Source of the DNA: Thalassobaculaceae bacterium
GTDB lineage: Bacteria; Pseudomonadota; Alphaproteobacteria; Thalassobaculales; Thalassobaculaceae
NCBI GenBank assembly: GCA_965228875.1
Contig: OZ245843.1
Location: forward strand, 2,648,616 to 2,712,615
Reading direction: 5' to 3'
Length of the DNA stretch: 64,000 nucleotides
The notes below the pieces were generated by a model. That model did not search any database. It was given only the letters and a program-made list of their open reading frames with translations, and was not told where the DNA came from. How positions within the stretch are numbered: position 1 is the first letter of the stretch; the number at the start of each line of letters is the position of its first letter. Shown piece after piece: positions 63,464 to 64,000 of the stretch. The position numbers and the translations under genes were made by a program.

Positions 63464-64000
63464 CCGAAATGCCTGGCGACGTCCACCGCGTCCCGGGTTG
63501 CGTCGTCGGTCTCGAAATACGGCAGCGGCAGCGATCCCATCTGCGGGGCGAGGATGTTCCCCGGGAAGGTCTGGATGACGTTACGGTGCTGCATGACCGA
63601 GGCATTGTAGTAGCGCCGGGCGGCGGCGATGTTGCCTTCGACCTCCTCCAGGGTTTCCTGCACCCGCGTCATGCTCTCGTCGGATTTGAGCTCCGGATAC
63701 GACTCGGCCAGGCTGAACAGCTGGCGGAACTCGGATTGCAGGGCGCGCTCCGTCTCCAGATGGGACGCGACCTCCGCGGCCCGGGTCTTGTCGTAGGGCG
63801 CCGATGCCCTGGCCCGCAGCTCCGTCACACGTTCGAGGAGCGCGGCCTCGTGACTCATGAACCTCCTGGCCGTGGCGACCACCTGGGGCACGAGATCGTG
63901 ACGCTTGCGCAGTTGCACATCGACCGAAGCGAGCGCCTGCTCCGCCTCATTTCGGGTCACGACGATGCGGCTGTGGGTCCGGTAGACGACGAAGACGCCG
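63460..64000 (-). CDS. lemA: LemA family protein (5' end outside window)
   Basis: VDVQLRKRHDLVP, AESYPELKS, IAAARRYYN and FPGNILA. Confidence 0.9.
   Translation of the reverse strand, partial: GVFVVYRTHSRIVVTRNEAEQALASVDVQLRKRHDLVPQVVATARRFMSHEAALLERVTELRARASAPYDKTRAAEVASHLETERALQSEFRQLFSLAESYPELKSDESMTRVQETLEEVEGNIAAARRYYNASVMQHRNVIQTFPGNILAPQMGSLPLPYFETDDATRDAVDVARHFG

Noticed and set aside
63460..64000. LemA as magnetosome MamQ
   Set aside because: It is in an ordinary lemA-DUF3137 context, far from the accessory cluster

Overview
GC-rich alphaproteobacterial chromosome segment, probably Rhodospirillales-like. The support is a two-piece permuted tmRNA next to sspB and typical mre, ilv and hfl synteny. 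The right part (37-64 kb) is mostly housekeeping: rodA-mrdA-mreDCB, ilvCNB, miaA, serB, degP, hflKC, mrp, folA, ssrA, sspB, class I fumarase and lemA. The left part (0-9.5 kb) carries a CHAD + ParA pair, an AMDase/racemase-family gene, an O-antigen-ligase-like gene, an enoyl-CoA hydratase, a GT41-like gene and tRNA-Lys(CTT). A low-GC islet encoding a Trypco-like protein and a trypsin-like protease follows the tRNA. The most unusual region is an accessory cluster of about 25 kb (11.5-37 kb) between tRNA-Lys and rodA. It contains two mitofilin/Mic60-like paralogs outside the hem operon, an orphan ParA, three glycine-zipper membrane proteins, an iota-carbonic-anhydrase-like (HHSS) domain fused to a duplicated unknown domain, and a DUF4239/bestrophin-like protein. 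It also has an MlaF-MlaE fusion, a sensor-fused MFS with an orphan substrate-binding protein, a membrane TPR protein, a His-rich exported protein, a fungal/Thermus-type homocitrate synthase, TauD and an anti-sigma/STAS pair. My hypothesis, which is inference only, is that this cluster builds, positions and supplies an intracellular membrane compartment, possibly linked to carbonate or ion handling. All family calls come from motif recognition by eye; no database searches were run.
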